Assembly: GCA_963816185.1 (NCBI GenBank)
Contig: CAWFJJ010000025.1
Span: forward strand, 32,001-96,000
Reading direction: 5' to 3'
From: Thermoanaerobaculia bacterium
GTDB lineage: Bacteria; Acidobacteriota; Thermoanaerobaculia; UBA5066
Length of the DNA: 64,000 nucleotides
The stretch's first letter is position 1, and each line of letters starts with the position of its first letter. The translations under genes were made by a program, and so were the position numbers. The notes beneath the pieces were generated by a model. That model ran no database searches. It worked only from the letters and a program-made list of their open reading frames with translations, and was not told where the DNA came from. Positions 22,650-32,814 of this stretch are shown piece after piece.

Positions 22650-22798
22650 CGCGAGGCCTGGAAACGAGAAGGGCGTTCTGCTCGGCTTGCCCGCGGGGAT
22701 GGCTTCGTTCACGCCTCTCCGCACCTTGAACGCGGGGCGGATGATAAAACTGGCGGTGGAGAACCTGGCCCTCATCGCTCCAGAAAACGGAAGTGACC

Positions 22799-23944
22799 AT
22801 GAAGCTGATCGTTCCGAGGGAAACAAGGGATGGCGAGAAACGCGTGGCGCTCGTTCCCGAGTCCGTCAAGAAGCTCGCGAAGGCCGGCGTCTCCGTGACC
22901 ATCGAGCAGGGCGCGGGCGCGGGTTCGTTCCTCGACGATCGCGCCTACGTCGAGGCGGGCGCCACCGTCGCAACGGATTTTTTGGCATCGCTTTCAGAGG
23001 CGGATCTCGTGTTGAAAGTCAACCCGCCCACGCTCGAAGAGGTGAACTTGATGCGGCCGGGGGCGATGCTCCTCGCCGCTTTCACGCCCTCCCGGAATCT
23101 CGAGCTCGTCCGGAAGCTCGCCGAGCGAAAGGTGACTGCGTTTTCCACCGACACGATCCCTCGCATCACCCGGGCGCAGGCCATGGACGTTCTCTCCTCG
23201 ATGGCTTCCATCGCAGGCTACAAGGCCGTGATCATGGCCGCCGACGCCCTCCCCAGGTATTTCCCGATGCTCATGACCGCGGCGGGCACGGTGCTGCCCG
23301 CCAGGGTGTTCGTGATCGGGGCCGGGGTCGCGGGGTTGCAGGCCATCGCGACCGCCCGGCGCCTGGGCGCCGTGGTGGAGGCCACCGACACGCGCCCGGC
23401 GGTGAGGACCGAAATCGAGAGCCTGGGAGCCAAGTACGTCGGCGTCGAGGCGGGCGAAGAGGCTCAGGACGCGGGGGGCTACGCGAAAGCGCTGTCCCAG
23501 GAGTTCTACCGCAAGCAGGCGGAGCTGATCGCGAGACACTGTGCGGCCGCCGACGTCGTGATCACGACCGCGCTCATCGGCGGCGTCACGGCGCCGAAGC
23601 TGATCACCGCCGAAATGGTCGACCGGATGAAGCCTGGCTCGGTCATCGTCGACCTCGCCGCACCCGGAGGCGGGAACTGCACGCTGACCAGGCCGGGCGA
23701 GACCGTCGAGCACAACGGCGTGAGAATCCTCGCCCCGCTGAACCTTCCGTCGGAGGTGGCCTTTCACGGGAGCCTCCTCTATTCGCGCAACCTCACGGCC
23801 TTCGTCCTGGCCTTCTGGAAGGGCGGGGTGTTCGCGCTCGACCTCTCGGACGACATCCTCAAGGAGGCCACCATCACGCATGACGGCAAGGTGATTCACA
23901 TCCCGACCGCGCAGGCTCTGGAGAAAGTAGGAGCGCGCCCGTGA
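22799..23944 (+). CDS. pntA: NAD(P) transhydrogenase alpha subunit, part 1
   Basis: RITRAQAMDVLSSM, GAGVAGL, GGNC. Confidence 0.95.
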   Translation: MKLIVPRETRDGEKRVALVPESVKKLAKAGVSVTIEQGAGAGSFLDDRAYVEAGATVATDFLASLSEADLVLKVNPPTLEEVNLMRPGAMLLAAFTPSRNLELVRKLAERKVTAFSTDTIPRITRAQAMDVLSSMASIAGYKAVIMAADALPRYFPMLMTAAGTVLPARVFVIGAGVAGLQAIATARRLGAVVEATDTRPAVRTEIESLGAKYVGVEAGEEAQDAGGYAKALSQEFYRKQAELIARHCAAADVVITTALIGGVTAPKLITAEMVDRMKPGSVIVDLAAPGGGNCTLTRPGETVEHNGVRILAPLNLPSEVAFHGSLLYSRNLTAFVLAFWKGGVFALDLSDDILKEATITHDGKVIHIPTAQALEKVGARP

Positions 23945-24237
23945 ACGCCGAACTCCTGATCTCGCATCTCTGGGTTTTCCTGCTGGCGACGTTCGTGGGG
24001 CTTCTCGTGATCCGGCGCGTTTCGCCCCTCCTCCATACGCCCCTCATGTCCCTCACGAACGCCATCTCGGCCATCGCGGTCGTGGGGTCCCTCGTGGTGG
24101 CCGGGCGCCAGCAATCGACGCTCAGCACGGTCCTCGGAACGGTCGCCGTGACCGCTTCCATGATCAACATCGTCGGCGGCTACCTGATCACGTACCGCAT
24201 GTTGTCCATGTTCAAGAAGGGCAAGCAGGGCAAGTGA
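23941..24237 (+). CDS. pntA: NAD(P) transhydrogenase alpha subunit, part 2
   Basis: LHTPLMSLTNAIS. Confidence 0.95.
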   Translation: MNAELLISHLWVFLLATFVGLLVIRRVSPLLHTPLMSLTNAISAIAVVGSLVVAGRQQSTLSTVLGTVAVTASMINIVGGYLITYRMLSMFKKGKQGK

Positions 24238-25640
24238 TGGGCGCCGAGTCCTGGATCCAGATCGTCTACGTTCTGTCCGCCCTTTGCTTCATCCTCGCCC
24301 TCAACTGGCTGAGCGCGGTCCCCACCGCCCGCCGGGGGGTCCTCACGGGCGTCCTCGGCATGGTGCTCGCCGTCGGCGGCACCCTGCTCAGCCCCGGGAT
24401 CGTCAGCTACACGTGGATCGCCGTCGCTTTCGTGATCGGCTCCGTCATCGGCGTTCCCATGGCCATGATGCCGATGACCGCCGTCCCGCAGCGGACGGCG
24501 CTCTCCCACGCCTTCGGCGCGCTCGCCGCGGCCCTCGTCGGCACGGCGGAGTACTTCCTCCGCGCCGGCGGCGCGGAAATGGACCGGTTCACCATGGGCG
24601 CCCTCGGCGTGGAGGTCATCCTCGGGTTTCTCACCTTCACGGCCAGCCTGATGGCGTTCGGCAAGCTGCAGGAGATTCTTCCTCAGAGGCCCATTACCTA
24701 CAGGGGACAGAATCTCGTCAACCTCGGGATGCTGGCCGCGGCGGTCAGCCTGGCTGCCTGGCTGGTCGTCCACCCCGGGAGCCATGGCCTCTTCCTGCTC
24801 ATGTGCGGGCTGGCCCTCGGCTTCGGCGTGCTGCTGATCGTCCCGATCGGCGGCGCCGACATGCCGACCGTCATCTCGCTGCTCAACGCCTACGCCGGGC
24901 TCTCCGCGGCGGCGATGGGCTTCGTGCTCAACAACAAGCTTCTCATCATTGCAGGCTCGCTGGACGGCAGCTCGGGCCTGATCCTGTCCATCATCATGTG
25001 CAAGGCCATGAACCGGTCCTTTTCAAACGTCCTCTTCGGGGCTTTTGGACAGGTCACGGCCGCGGCGGCGGTGGGGGGGCAGCAGAAGAGTTACAGGAGC
25101 GCCAGCGCCGAAGAGGCGGCCAGCATCCTTTTGAACGCTTCTTCCGTGATGGTCGTCCCCGGTTACGGCATGGCCGCGGCCCAGGCCCAGCACAAGGTGC
25201 GGGAGCTTTACGACCAGCTCATCAGACAAGGCGTGAACGTGAAATTCGCCATTCACCCCGTAGCCGGGCGCATGCCGGGCCACATGAACGTCCTCCTGGC
25301 CGAAGCGAACATCCCCTACGACGCCCTGCTGGAACTGGAAGAGGCCAACTCGGAGCTGCCCCAATGCGACGTGGCCCTCGTCATCGGGGCCAACGACGTG
25401 ACCAATCCCGCCGCCCGCCACGACAAGGGGAGCCCGATCTACGGCATGCCCATCATCGACACCGACAAGGCCCGCACTGTGATGGTCATCAAACGCAGCA
25501 TGAGCCCTGGCTTCGCCGGCGTCGACAACGAGCTCTATTACCTCGACCGAACGCTCATGTTGTTCGGAGACGCCAAGGCTTTCGTCGCCGATCTCATCAA
25601 GGAAGTAGACGCCCAGGGCGGCGGGTTCGAGGAAGCTTAG
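24234..25640 (+). CDS. pntB: NAD(P) transhydrogenase beta subunit
   Basis: IGGADMP, HPVAGRMPGHMNVLLAEA, GANDVTNP. Confidence 0.97.
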   Translation: MMGAESWIQIVYVLSALCFILALNWLSAVPTARRGVLTGVLGMVLAVGGTLLSPGIVSYTWIAVAFVIGSVIGVPMAMMPMTAVPQRTALSHAFGALAAALVGTAEYFLRAGGAEMDRFTMGALGVEVILGFLTFTASLMAFGKLQEILPQRPITYRGQNLVNLGMLAAAVSLAAWLVVHPGSHGLFLLMCGLALGFGVLLIVPIGGADMPTVISLLNAYAGLSAAAMGFVLNNKLLIIAGSLDGSSGLILSIIMCKAMNRSFSNVLFGAFGQVTAAAAVGGQQKSYRSASAEEAASILLNASSVMVVPGYGMAAAQAQHKVRELYDQLIRQGVNVKFAIHPVAGRMPGHMNVLLAEANIPYDALLELEEANSELPQCDVALVIGANDVTNPAARHDKGSPIYGMPIIDTDKARTVMVIKRSMSPGFAGVDNELYYLDRTLMLFGDAKAFVADLIKEVDAQGGGFEEA

Positions 25641-25649
25641 CCACGATGT

Positions 25650-25958
25650 TCACGAGCTCGGTTCTTTGAGCTCGACGAGGACGCAGTCCATGTTCGTATC
25701 TCCCAGGTTCTCACCGGTGTGCGACCGCTCCGGGACCCAGGCCACGTCGCCTCGTTTCGCGTGCCGGGTCGTCGGAGAGGAGCCGGGCACGAGATTCCGG
25801 ACCGTGTAGTCGCTCGTGGACACGACAACCATGTCGGGGTGCGAATGGAGACGCCATCTCGTCCCGGGATCGGCGTGGAATGCGAGCACGCGCACGCGGG
25901 CGTTTTCGAATACGACCCGGTAGTGATCCGGAACGACGAGAATGGGATCGTCTTTCAT
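25650..25958 (-). CDS. Cupin-domain protein
   Basis: FENARVRV, HSHP, HTGEN. Confidence 0.8.
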   Translation of the reverse strand: MKDDPILVVPDHYRVVFENARVRVLAFHADPGTRWRLHSHPDMVVVSTSDYTVRNLVPGSSPTTRHAKRGDVAWVPERSHTGENLGDTNMDCVLVELKEPSS

Positions 25959-25987
25959 GATTTCCCCTTCCCGAGAGCCTGCCCCTG

Positions 25988-26578
25988 TCAGCCTCCCGGC
26001 GACTGCGCCTGCGCGAACTTCGATTTCGGCGCCGCCTTTGGCGCAGACGGGCGCTCCACGCGGTCGGCAGTACGGCAGTCGGCGCCCTCGTCGAACGGGA
26101 CGCGCAGGACGACCTGGTCTCCTGGCTTCAGGCCCTTGGCCACGAGGGCGCGAGGGGCGAGCGCGACCTGCCGCTCGCGCCCGCTCTTCTCGAGAATGGT
26201 GATCGCATTCTTCGTGTAGGCCTTGACGGTCCCGCGCAGGGTCACGTACGCCGCTCCGACGACAGACGGGCCGGTCGGACCGCTTGGGGCCGGCGATACG
26301 TACGGAGCGCCGCCGGATACTCCGGGATCAGGCGCGGCGACAGCGCCTCCCGCCCGAGCCGTCAGCCGCGGTGCACCCGGGACGGGCGCCCGCTCGCCCT
26401 GCAGAATCCGCCCGCACTTCGCCTGCGTCATCGTGTCGCTCGGCCGCACGAGCGTTTCCTTGTTGCTCTGACCGAGTGCGGACGGCACCGTCACGTGCTG
26501 CTCGGCGCCCGGAACACGTTCCTGCGCCATCGCGGGCAGGCCGAGCACCGCCGAGAGAATCAGCGGAATGTATTTCAT
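25988..26578 (-). CDS. Exported hypothetical protein, OB-fold-like C-terminus
   Basis: Signal peptide MKYIPLILSAVLGLPAMAQ; GLKPGDQVVLR. Confidence 0.6.
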   Translation of the reverse strand: MKYIPLILSAVLGLPAMAQERVPGAEQHVTVPSALGQSNKETLVRPSDTMTQAKCGRILQGERAPVPGAPRLTARAGGAVAAPDPGVSGGAPYVSPAPSGPTGPSVVGAAYVTLRGTVKAYTKNAITILEKSGRERQVALAPRALVAKGLKPGDQVVLRVPFDEGADCRTADRVERPSAPKAAPKSKFAQAQSPGG

Positions 26579-26658
26579 CCACCCAATATAGGTCCGGTGC
26601 GGCGACGGGCCGTCGCTCATTATTGACGCAGATGCATCACCGATCCTGGCGTTCGGAT

Positions 26659-27036
26659 CTATCCGGCGTCCGGGCCCATCGGTTGCCAGAGCTCGATCGG
26701 ATTTCCCTCGGGGTCGTGGATCCGCGCGAATCGGCCGTTCGGATAAGGCTCGGGGTCGAGCTCGACGTCGACGCCCCCTTCGCGGAGCTGGGCGATCAGC
26801 GCGTCCAGGTCACGCACGCGAAAGTTGATCATCCACGTCCTCCGCGCGCTGCCGAAGTACGTCGTCGACTCCGGAAACGGCGCGAACACGGTCGGCCCCG
26901 CGTCCTGCCGCCAGGGCGCCGCGTCGTACGTCGGGGGCGCCGACTCGACGCCGAGATACTCGCGGTACCAGCGGCTCAGTCCGTCGGGATTCTTGGCCAC
27001 GAAAAAAACGCCGCCGATGCCGTTCACCTTCTCCAT
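26659..27036 (-). CDS. VOC/glyoxalase family protein
   Basis: GIGGVFF, MINFRVRDLD, DPEGNPIELW. Confidence 0.9.
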   Translation of the reverse strand: MEKVNGIGGVFFVAKNPDGLSRWYREYLGVESAPPTYDAAPWRQDAGPTVFAPFPESTTYFGSARRTWMINFRVRDLDALIAQLREGGVDVELDPEPYPNGRFARIHDPEGNPIELWQPMGPDAG

Positions 27037-27066
27037 GAAATCTCCTTTGTAAGCCGACGCACGGAC

Positions 27067-28095
27067 TCAGTTTCGCGCATTCTCCACGACCAGGACGCCC
27101 GCGCCGCGAATGGCGTCCGTCTTCAGGGCGATCAAGGCCTCGTTCGCCTCTTCGAGGGCGAAGGTCCGGATGTGCGTCGACACGGGGATGCGCGCGGCCT
27201 CGGCGAGGAACGCGCGCCCGTCGTCGCGGGTGTTGTTCGCGACGCTGCGGACGATGCGCTCTTTGTAGAGGAGCTCGTACGGGATCGGCGGGGAGTCGCT
27301 CATGTGGATTCCGCCGAGGACGAGCGTTCCCCCCTTGTCGAGCGCCGCAAGCCCGGCGGGAATCAGGTCGCCGGCGGGGGCGAATATGATCGCCGCGTCG
27401 AGGCTCGACGGCGGGACGTCGCGGACGCCGCCGACCCACGCGGCCCCGAGCTCCTCGGCGAGGGCCTGGTGACGTTCGCGATCCCGCGTCATCACGTAGA
27501 CGTCGGCGCCTCGCGCGCGCGCAATCTGGATCGCGATGTGCCCCGCGGCGCCGAAGCCGTAGATTCCGAGCCGCGCCCCGCGGAAGCCCGAGGGGCCGCC
27601 TGCGAGGCCCGTCAGGCGGAGAGCGCGATATCCGATGATGCCGGCGCAGAGGAGCGGCGCCGCGACGACGTCGGAGAATCCGCCGGGCAGCTCGTAGACG
27701 AAGTCCGCCTCGGCCAGGATCGTCGTCGCGAAGCCGCCGTCGACGGTCCATCCCGTGAACGCGGGGGTGTCGCACAGGTTCTCGCGGCCGCTCGTGCAGA
27801 AGCGGCAGACGCCGCAGGTCCGGTGGAGCCAGCCGATCCCGACGCGCCGGCCGAGCAGCACCTCGGCGCCCGTCCCCACGCCGGCGACCGTCCCCGCGAC
27901 CTGATGGCCCGGAATCACGAGCGGCTTCACGACCGGCAGCTCGCCCTCGACGACGTGGAGATCCGTCCGGCAGATCCCGCACGCCGAGATCTTCACGAGG
28001 ACCTGGCCGGGGCCGGGAGTCGGATCGGGAACGTCTTCGAGGACGAGGGGCCGCGTCTCGACCGGAGCCGGAGCGTGGAGCCTGAGGGCGCGCAC
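27067..28095 (-). CDS. Zinc-dependent alcohol dehydrogenase family protein
   Basis: [28 protein letters not shown]. Confidence 0.92.
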   Translation of the reverse strand: MRALRLHAPAPVETRPLVLEDVPDPTPGPGQVLVKISACGICRTDLHVVEGELPVVKPLVIPGHQVAGTVAGVGTGAEVLLGRRVGIGWLHRTCGVCRFCTSGRENLCDTPAFTGWTVDGGFATTILAEADFVYELPGGFSDVVAAPLLCAGIIGYRALRLTGLAGGPSGFRGARLGIYGFGAAGHIAIQIARARGADVYVMTRDRERHQALAEELGAAWVGGVRDVPPSSLDAAIIFAPAGDLIPAGLAALDKGGTLVLGGIHMSDSPPIPYELLYKERIVRSVANNTRDDGRAFLAEAARIPVSTHIRTFALEEANEALIALKTDAIRGAGVLVVENARN

Positions 28096-28100
28096 TCGTC

Positions 28101-28379
28101 TTACCCGGGCGATTCGAACGTGAACGCGTAGATCTCGATCGATCCGTCGTCCCGGGTTCTGTGAACCGCCTTCAGGACCTTCCCCCGCGGCGGCTCGAGG
28201 TCCTGCCGGAACGTGACCTCGATCGTTCCCCGGGCGGTGTCGTGAACCGGGCGTCCGACGATCTGTCCCACCTGGAGCACGTCGTTCCGATTCAGCGTGA
28301 CAGCCTGGTTGAGGCTTTCTGCCAGCGTTCCGTGTTCGACCTGTTCGGGGGTGAGCGCGCACGCGACGGTCTTGACCAT
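28101..28379 (-). CDS. Small hypothetical protein (92 aa) between the Ehr operon and adh
   Basis: AAGGAG RBS, host codon bias, tight packing. Confidence 0.6.
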   Translation of the reverse strand: MVKTVACALTPEQVEHGTLAESLNQAVTLNRNDVLQVGQIVGRPVHDTARGTIEVTFRQDLEPPRGKVLKAVHRTRDDGSIEIYAFTFESPG

Positions 28380-28404
28380 CTCCTTGATTCTAGGGCTCAA
28401 CCCG

Positions 28405-29187
28405 TCAGCCCTGCGGCACTCTCCGTTGCTCTTCGAGGAGGCCCAGCAGCCGGAGCAGGCCGTCGAGAATCGTGAGCGGGTGGGGCGGGCAGCCGGGGAT
28501 GAAGAGGTCGACCGGCAGGACGGACGACACGCCGCCGTGCTGCTCGGGATGGCCGGCGTACGGCCCCCCGCTGATCGCGCACGCCCCCACGGCGATCACG
28601 ATCTTCGGCGGCGGGACCGCGTCGTACGTCTTCTCGAGCGCGAGCCGCATGTTCTCGGTCACGGGTCCGGTGATGAGGAGCCCGTCCGCGTGGCGCGGAG
28701 ACGCGACGACCTGGATTCCGAACCGTTCTATGTCCCAGCCGACCGTCCCGAGGACGTTGACGTCCGAGCTGCAGGCGTTGCAGTCGCCGGCGCTCACGAC
28801 GCGCAGCTTCAGAGAGCGTCCGAAGAGCCGGCGGAGCGTTCCCTCGAGAGCGTCCGCGAGCGGCAGCGGTTGGCCCGCGAGGACGAGGTCTTCGCGCTTT
28901 CGGGTCGCGAGCCTGAAGTCGCGCGTGAACGCGATCGCCCCCTCCGGGCAGGCGGTCACGCACTCGACGCAGAAGAGACAGCGGCCGAGGTCGAGCGCGA
29001 GCGGGCCGTCTTTGGGGATGGCGTCGGTCGGGCAGACGTCCGCGCACGACCGGCACCCCTCCGGACACTTCGCTCCGTCGAGCGCGGGAAGCCCGCGAAA
29101 CCGCTCGGGCATCGGCGGCGGGTCGCCCGCCGGGTATGCCATCGTGCGGTGCCCTTGATGCGCGCGCGCGAGGAGCGCTTTCAGCAT
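28405..29187 (-). CDS. Ehr/hydrogenase-4-like small subunit (2x4Fe-4S ferredoxin fused to NuoB-like domain)
   Basis: CRSCADVCP, CLFCVECVTACP, GDCNAC, GACAISGG, PGCPP. Confidence 0.9.
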   Translation of the reverse strand: MLKALLARAHQGHRTMAYPAGDPPPMPERFRGLPALDGAKCPEGCRSCADVCPTDAIPKDGPLALDLGRCLFCVECVTACPEGAIAFTRDFRLATRKREDLVLAGQPLPLADALEGTLRRLFGRSLKLRVVSAGDCNACSSDVNVLGTVGWDIERFGIQVVASPRHADGLLITGPVTENMRLALEKTYDAVPPPKIVIAVGACAISGGPYAGHPEQHGGVSSVLPVDLFIPGCPPHPLTILDGLLRLLGLLEEQRRVPQG

Positions 29188-29198
29188 GAGTCCTCTCT

Positions 29199-30737
29199 CT
29201 AGAGGTCGTGGCCGCAATAGGACAAATTGAAGCTCTTGTTGCAGAGCGGAAAGTCGGAGATCTGACCGTCCCTGAGAGCGAGCGCGAGCGCGAACCAGTT
29301 GTGGAAGGACGGGTCGGTAATCTTGTAGCGGGAAAAGCGTCCCGCCGCGTCCGTCATCGCGACGTGGCAGATCTCGCCGCGCCAGCCTTCGGTGAGCGCG
29401 ACGACGAGCGACTCCGGCCTCATCGCTCCGGCGGCGGCGCGCGCCCCGCTCGCCGGCAGAGTGTCGAGCTGGCTCAGGATGAAGGAGATCGACTGCTGGA
29501 TTTCGAGCCACCGGACGAACGCGCGGGAGTTGACGTCGCCGTGATGCGCCGTCACCACGGGGAGGTGGACGAAGCGGTAGATGCCTGCGGGAAAGTCGTG
29601 CCTCACGTCCCGCTGAATTCCGCATGCGCGTGCCGCGGGCCCGACGAGGCCGAGGGCCGCCGCGTCTCCGGGGCTGACGGTGCCGGTGCCCTCGAACCGT
29701 TCCCTGACGCTCGGCGTATCCCAGAGCAGCTCCACCGCTTCCGTCACGTCGGTCCGCGCTACGGTCACGCGCGACCTCAGATCTCGGACCTGGTCGGCCG
29801 AGAGGTCGAACCCGACGCCGCCGGGCCGGACGAGCCCGCGCCCGAAGCGCGAGCCGCAGAGCTCCGCCGTCATGTTGAGGAAGTCGCCGCGCAGCCGTCC
29901 GCAGTACGACGCCGTCGGGAGATAGGCGATGTCGCCGGCGAGCGCTCCGAGGTCGCCGACGTGGTTCGCGAGGCGTTCGAGCTCGAGCGCGATGCCGCGG
30001 ACCGCGTGCGCGTGCGCGGACACGACGGCGCGGGAGAGCGCCTCGACCACCTGGCCGTATGCCATCGCGTGGCCGATCGTCGTGTCACCGGCGGCGGTCT
30101 CCATGTACGGCATGGTTCGTTTCGTCGGCCCGCCCATGAGGGCCCGCTCGATGCCGCGATGCTGGTAGCCGAGCGCGATTTCGAGGTGGAAGACCTGCTC
30201 GCCGTGGCATTGGAACCGGAAGTGCCCGGGCTCGATCACGCCGGCGTGGACGGGGCCGACCGCGACCTCGTGGACCTCGTCCCCTTCGACTCTGAAGAAA
30301 TCGGCGACCCCCGGCAGGATTTCCGTGTTCGCCGCCCGGGCCCAGGCGTCGTGGCCCTCGCGATACGAATGGTGGAACCTCACCGGCTTCAGCCACGGAT
30401 GTCCCTCGAACCGGACGCCGTACTGCTCGGCGATCTCGCGCTCGAAGAGGTGCGCCTCGGCCACCTCGGGCACGACCGACTCGAACGTCGTTCCGTCGGA
30501 GGCCGTGCGCGCGACGAAAAGGCGCCCGTTCGCGTCGTCCGCGAGGACGGCCGTGAGGGCGACGTCCGCGATGGCCTCGTCCGCGGAGCCGAAGTAAGCG
30601 GCGACGCGCCGTCCCTTGCTTCGTACCCCGTGGACGAGCCACTCGCGGAACCGTGACGGCAGGAGCCACGGCACGTCCTTCAGGGGCAGGACGCGGGAGT
30701 TCCGTGTCGCGGCGGCCATCTCTGCCGTTCCCGTCAC
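29199..30737 (-). CDS. Ehr large subunit (HyfG/NuoCD-like) without NiFe-binding motifs
   Basis: VGPVHAGVIEPGHFRF, EGWRGE; ETAAGDTTIGH and NKSFNLSYCGHDL stand where the two CxxC motifs would be. Confidence 0.9.
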   Translation of the reverse strand: MTGTAEMAAATRNSRVLPLKDVPWLLPSRFREWLVHGVRSKGRRVAAYFGSADEAIADVALTAVLADDANGRLFVARTASDGTTFESVVPEVAEAHLFEREIAEQYGVRFEGHPWLKPVRFHHSYREGHDAWARAANTEILPGVADFFRVEGDEVHEVAVGPVHAGVIEPGHFRFQCHGEQVFHLEIALGYQHRGIERALMGGPTKRTMPYMETAAGDTTIGHAMAYGQVVEALSRAVVSAHAHAVRGIALELERLANHVGDLGALAGDIAYLPTASYCGRLRGDFLNMTAELCGSRFGRGLVRPGGVGFDLSADQVRDLRSRVTVARTDVTEAVELLWDTPSVRERFEGTGTVSPGDAAALGLVGPAARACGIQRDVRHDFPAGIYRFVHLPVVTAHHGDVNSRAFVRWLEIQQSISFILSQLDTLPASGARAAAGAMRPESLVVALTEGWRGEICHVAMTDAAGRFSRYKITDPSFHNWFALALALRDGQISDFPLCNKSFNLSYCGHDL

Positions 30738-32167
30738 GACGCGCCCTCCAGAGCCTTCGCCGCCTCGAGGACCAGGGTCTGGACCGCGCCGGGGATCCGG
30801 ACGCCCATGATCACGACCATCGCGAGGGCGGCCAGGATCGGCGCGGTCTTCCAGAAGCTGTCGCGGAAGTCGGTCGTTCCGCCCGCCGGGGAAATCGGCC
30901 CCTGGACGACCGCGAGGACCGTCGAGCCCATGCCGATGAAGATGACGGCGAGGAAGAAGAGGAAGAGGGCCGACGTGACGAAGAGATGCGCCGTCATGGC
31001 GCCCGCGAGGATCGTGAACTCGCTGATGAATGGCCCGAAGGGCGGCGAGCCCGTGATCGCGAGGAAGCCGGCGAGGAAGAGGATGCCCGACAGCGGGACC
31101 CGGCGGAACGCACCACTCACGGCGTCGATCGTCTTGCTTCCGTACGCGCGGTGGATGTTGCCTGCCGAGAGGAAGAGCACGACCTTCGTGAGGGAATTGT
31201 TGATGACGTGCAGGAGCGCGCCTGTGACGGCGATGCCCCCGGCGCCGATGCCCAGAACCAGGATTCCCATGTGCTCGACGCTCGAATACGCGAGCATCCG
31301 CTTGAAGTCGCGCTGCCCGACCATGAACGCCGCCGCGACGCCCATGGAGAGAAGGCCGAGAGCGAGAAAGAGCTCGCGCGCGAACGCTCCTTCTCCGGCC
31401 GCCTGCATCACCCGGTAGACCCTGAGGAGCGCGAGGAACGCGCAGTTCGTCAGTCCGCCGGCGAGGAGCGCCCCGATGATCCCAGGAGCCTCGCCGTAGG
31501 CGTCGGGCTTCCAGGTGTGCATCGGAGCGAGGCCCATCTTCGTTCCGTAGCCGACGAGGAGAAGGACGAAGCCGGCCCTGAGCCACGGCCGCGACAGGCC
31601 GCCTGCGTGCTCGAGCAGGGCTCCGAAGAGGAGGCTCTCGTCCCCGGAGGCGCCGTGGAGCGCGGCATACGCCACGAAGAGCGAGCCCAGGAGAGCGAGC
31701 GCGATGCCGACCGAGCCGATCATGAGGTACTTCCACGCCGCCTCGAGCGATCGGGCGTTGTGGTTGAAGTAGATGAGGATGGCTGTCGAGAGAGTCGCTC
31801 CTTCGACCGCGACCCAGACGACCGCCAGGTGCTGCGCCACGGTGATCGCCGTCGCCATCGACAGGAACGTCAGGAGGCAGATGCAGAAGACCCGGTTCGC
31901 CCGCTCCTTCCGGATCCGCAGGTACTCGACGCCGTAGAGCGCGCAGAGCGTGAAGAGGAGGGACACGACGTCGAGGATCAGGTGTCCGAGCGCGTCGACC
32001 TCGAACCACCCTCCGAGCGTCGCCTCTCCGGACCGCAATGCGAGCGAGCCGCCGAGGTGAAGGACGGCCGTACCGGCCACGATCAGGGGAGCCGCCTTCT
32101 CCGACGGCGTCACGAACGCCACGAGAGCGGCGAAAAGCGGCACGATGATGAGCGCGAGGAGCAGCAT
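30734..32167 (-). CDS. Proton-translocating membrane subunit (HyfF-like)
   Basis: SLEAAWKY, GTKMGLAPMHTW, KRMLAYSSVEH. Confidence 0.9.
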   Translation of the reverse strand: MLLLALIIVPLFAALVAFVTPSEKAAPLIVAGTAVLHLGGSLALRSGEATLGGWFEVDALGHLILDVVSLLFTLCALYGVEYLRIRKERANRVFCICLLTFLSMATAITVAQHLAVVWVAVEGATLSTAILIYFNHNARSLEAAWKYLMIGSVGIALALLGSLFVAYAALHGASGDESLLFGALLEHAGGLSRPWLRAGFVLLLVGYGTKMGLAPMHTWKPDAYGEAPGIIGALLAGGLTNCAFLALLRVYRVMQAAGEGAFARELFLALGLLSMGVAAAFMVGQRDFKRMLAYSSVEHMGILVLGIGAGGIAVTGALLHVINNSLTKVVLFLSAGNIHRAYGSKTIDAVSGAFRRVPLSGILFLAGFLAITGSPPFGPFISEFTILAGAMTAHLFVTSALFLFFLAVIFIGMGSTVLAVVQGPISPAGGTTDFRDSFWKTAPILAALAMVVIMGVRIPGAVQTLVLEAAKALEGAS

Positions 32168-32170
32168 TCG

Positions 32171-32812
32171 TCAGTCCCGGAGCTCCGCGAGCCGCTCCGT
32201 GTCGAGCGAGCCGAACTCACGCTGGATGTGGTTCATGACGATTCCCATGACGAAGATCCCGACGAGAAGGTCCAGGAGGACGCCGACTTCCACGAGCGTC
32301 GGCATGGCCTCGTGGAGAAGCTGCGCGAAGACGAAGATCCCGTTCTCGAGGATCAGGTAGCCGGTGACCTGCGAGATGGCCTTGCGGCGCGTCGTGAGGA
32401 GGAGAAACCCCGCGAAGAGCGTCGAGAGGGCCACCGGCACCACGAGGAGGTCGCGGTGCGCCGGCTGGAGCGGAAGACGGCTCGCGAAGAGCGTCGTGGC
32501 TCCGGTCCCTGCGGCGAGAAGGAGCACGGAGGGGACGAGCCCCAGGTACGGCTCCATTTCGTGCTGGATGTGCACCTCGCGGAGGGCCCTGGTGAGCATC
32601 CCGGGAATCACGACGGCCTTGACGATTCCCGCCACGCTCACGAGGCCGAGGAGGCGCAGGGACGGCGCCGGCGTGAAAAGAAGCGGGAAGACGCTCACGA
32701 AGAAGCCCTGCAGGGCCGCGGCCCGGATGCACGCCTTCAGGTTCGAGGTGCCGAGCGCGAGGAAGTTCATCGTGACGGCGAGGATCAGGGCGGAGGAGGC
32801 GGCTTCTCGCAT
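32171..32812 (-). CDS. HyfE-like membrane subunit
   Basis: KAVVIP, GYLILENGI, VEVGVLLD. Confidence 0.88.
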   Translation of the reverse strand: MREAASSALILAVTMNFLALGTSNLKACIRAAALQGFFVSVFPLLFTPAPSLRLLGLVSVAGIVKAVVIPGMLTRALREVHIQHEMEPYLGLVPSVLLLAAGTGATTLFASRLPLQPAHRDLLVVPVALSTLFAGFLLLTTRRKAISQVTGYLILENGIFVFAQLLHEAMPTLVEVGVLLDLLVGIFVMGIVMNHIQREFGSLDTERLAELRD

Positions 32813-32814
32813 CG

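Noticed and set aside
29199-30737. Functional NiFe hydrogenase-4 / formate hydrogenlyase
   Set aside because: Both Ni-binding CxxC motifs are missing and there are no hyp or maturation protease genes
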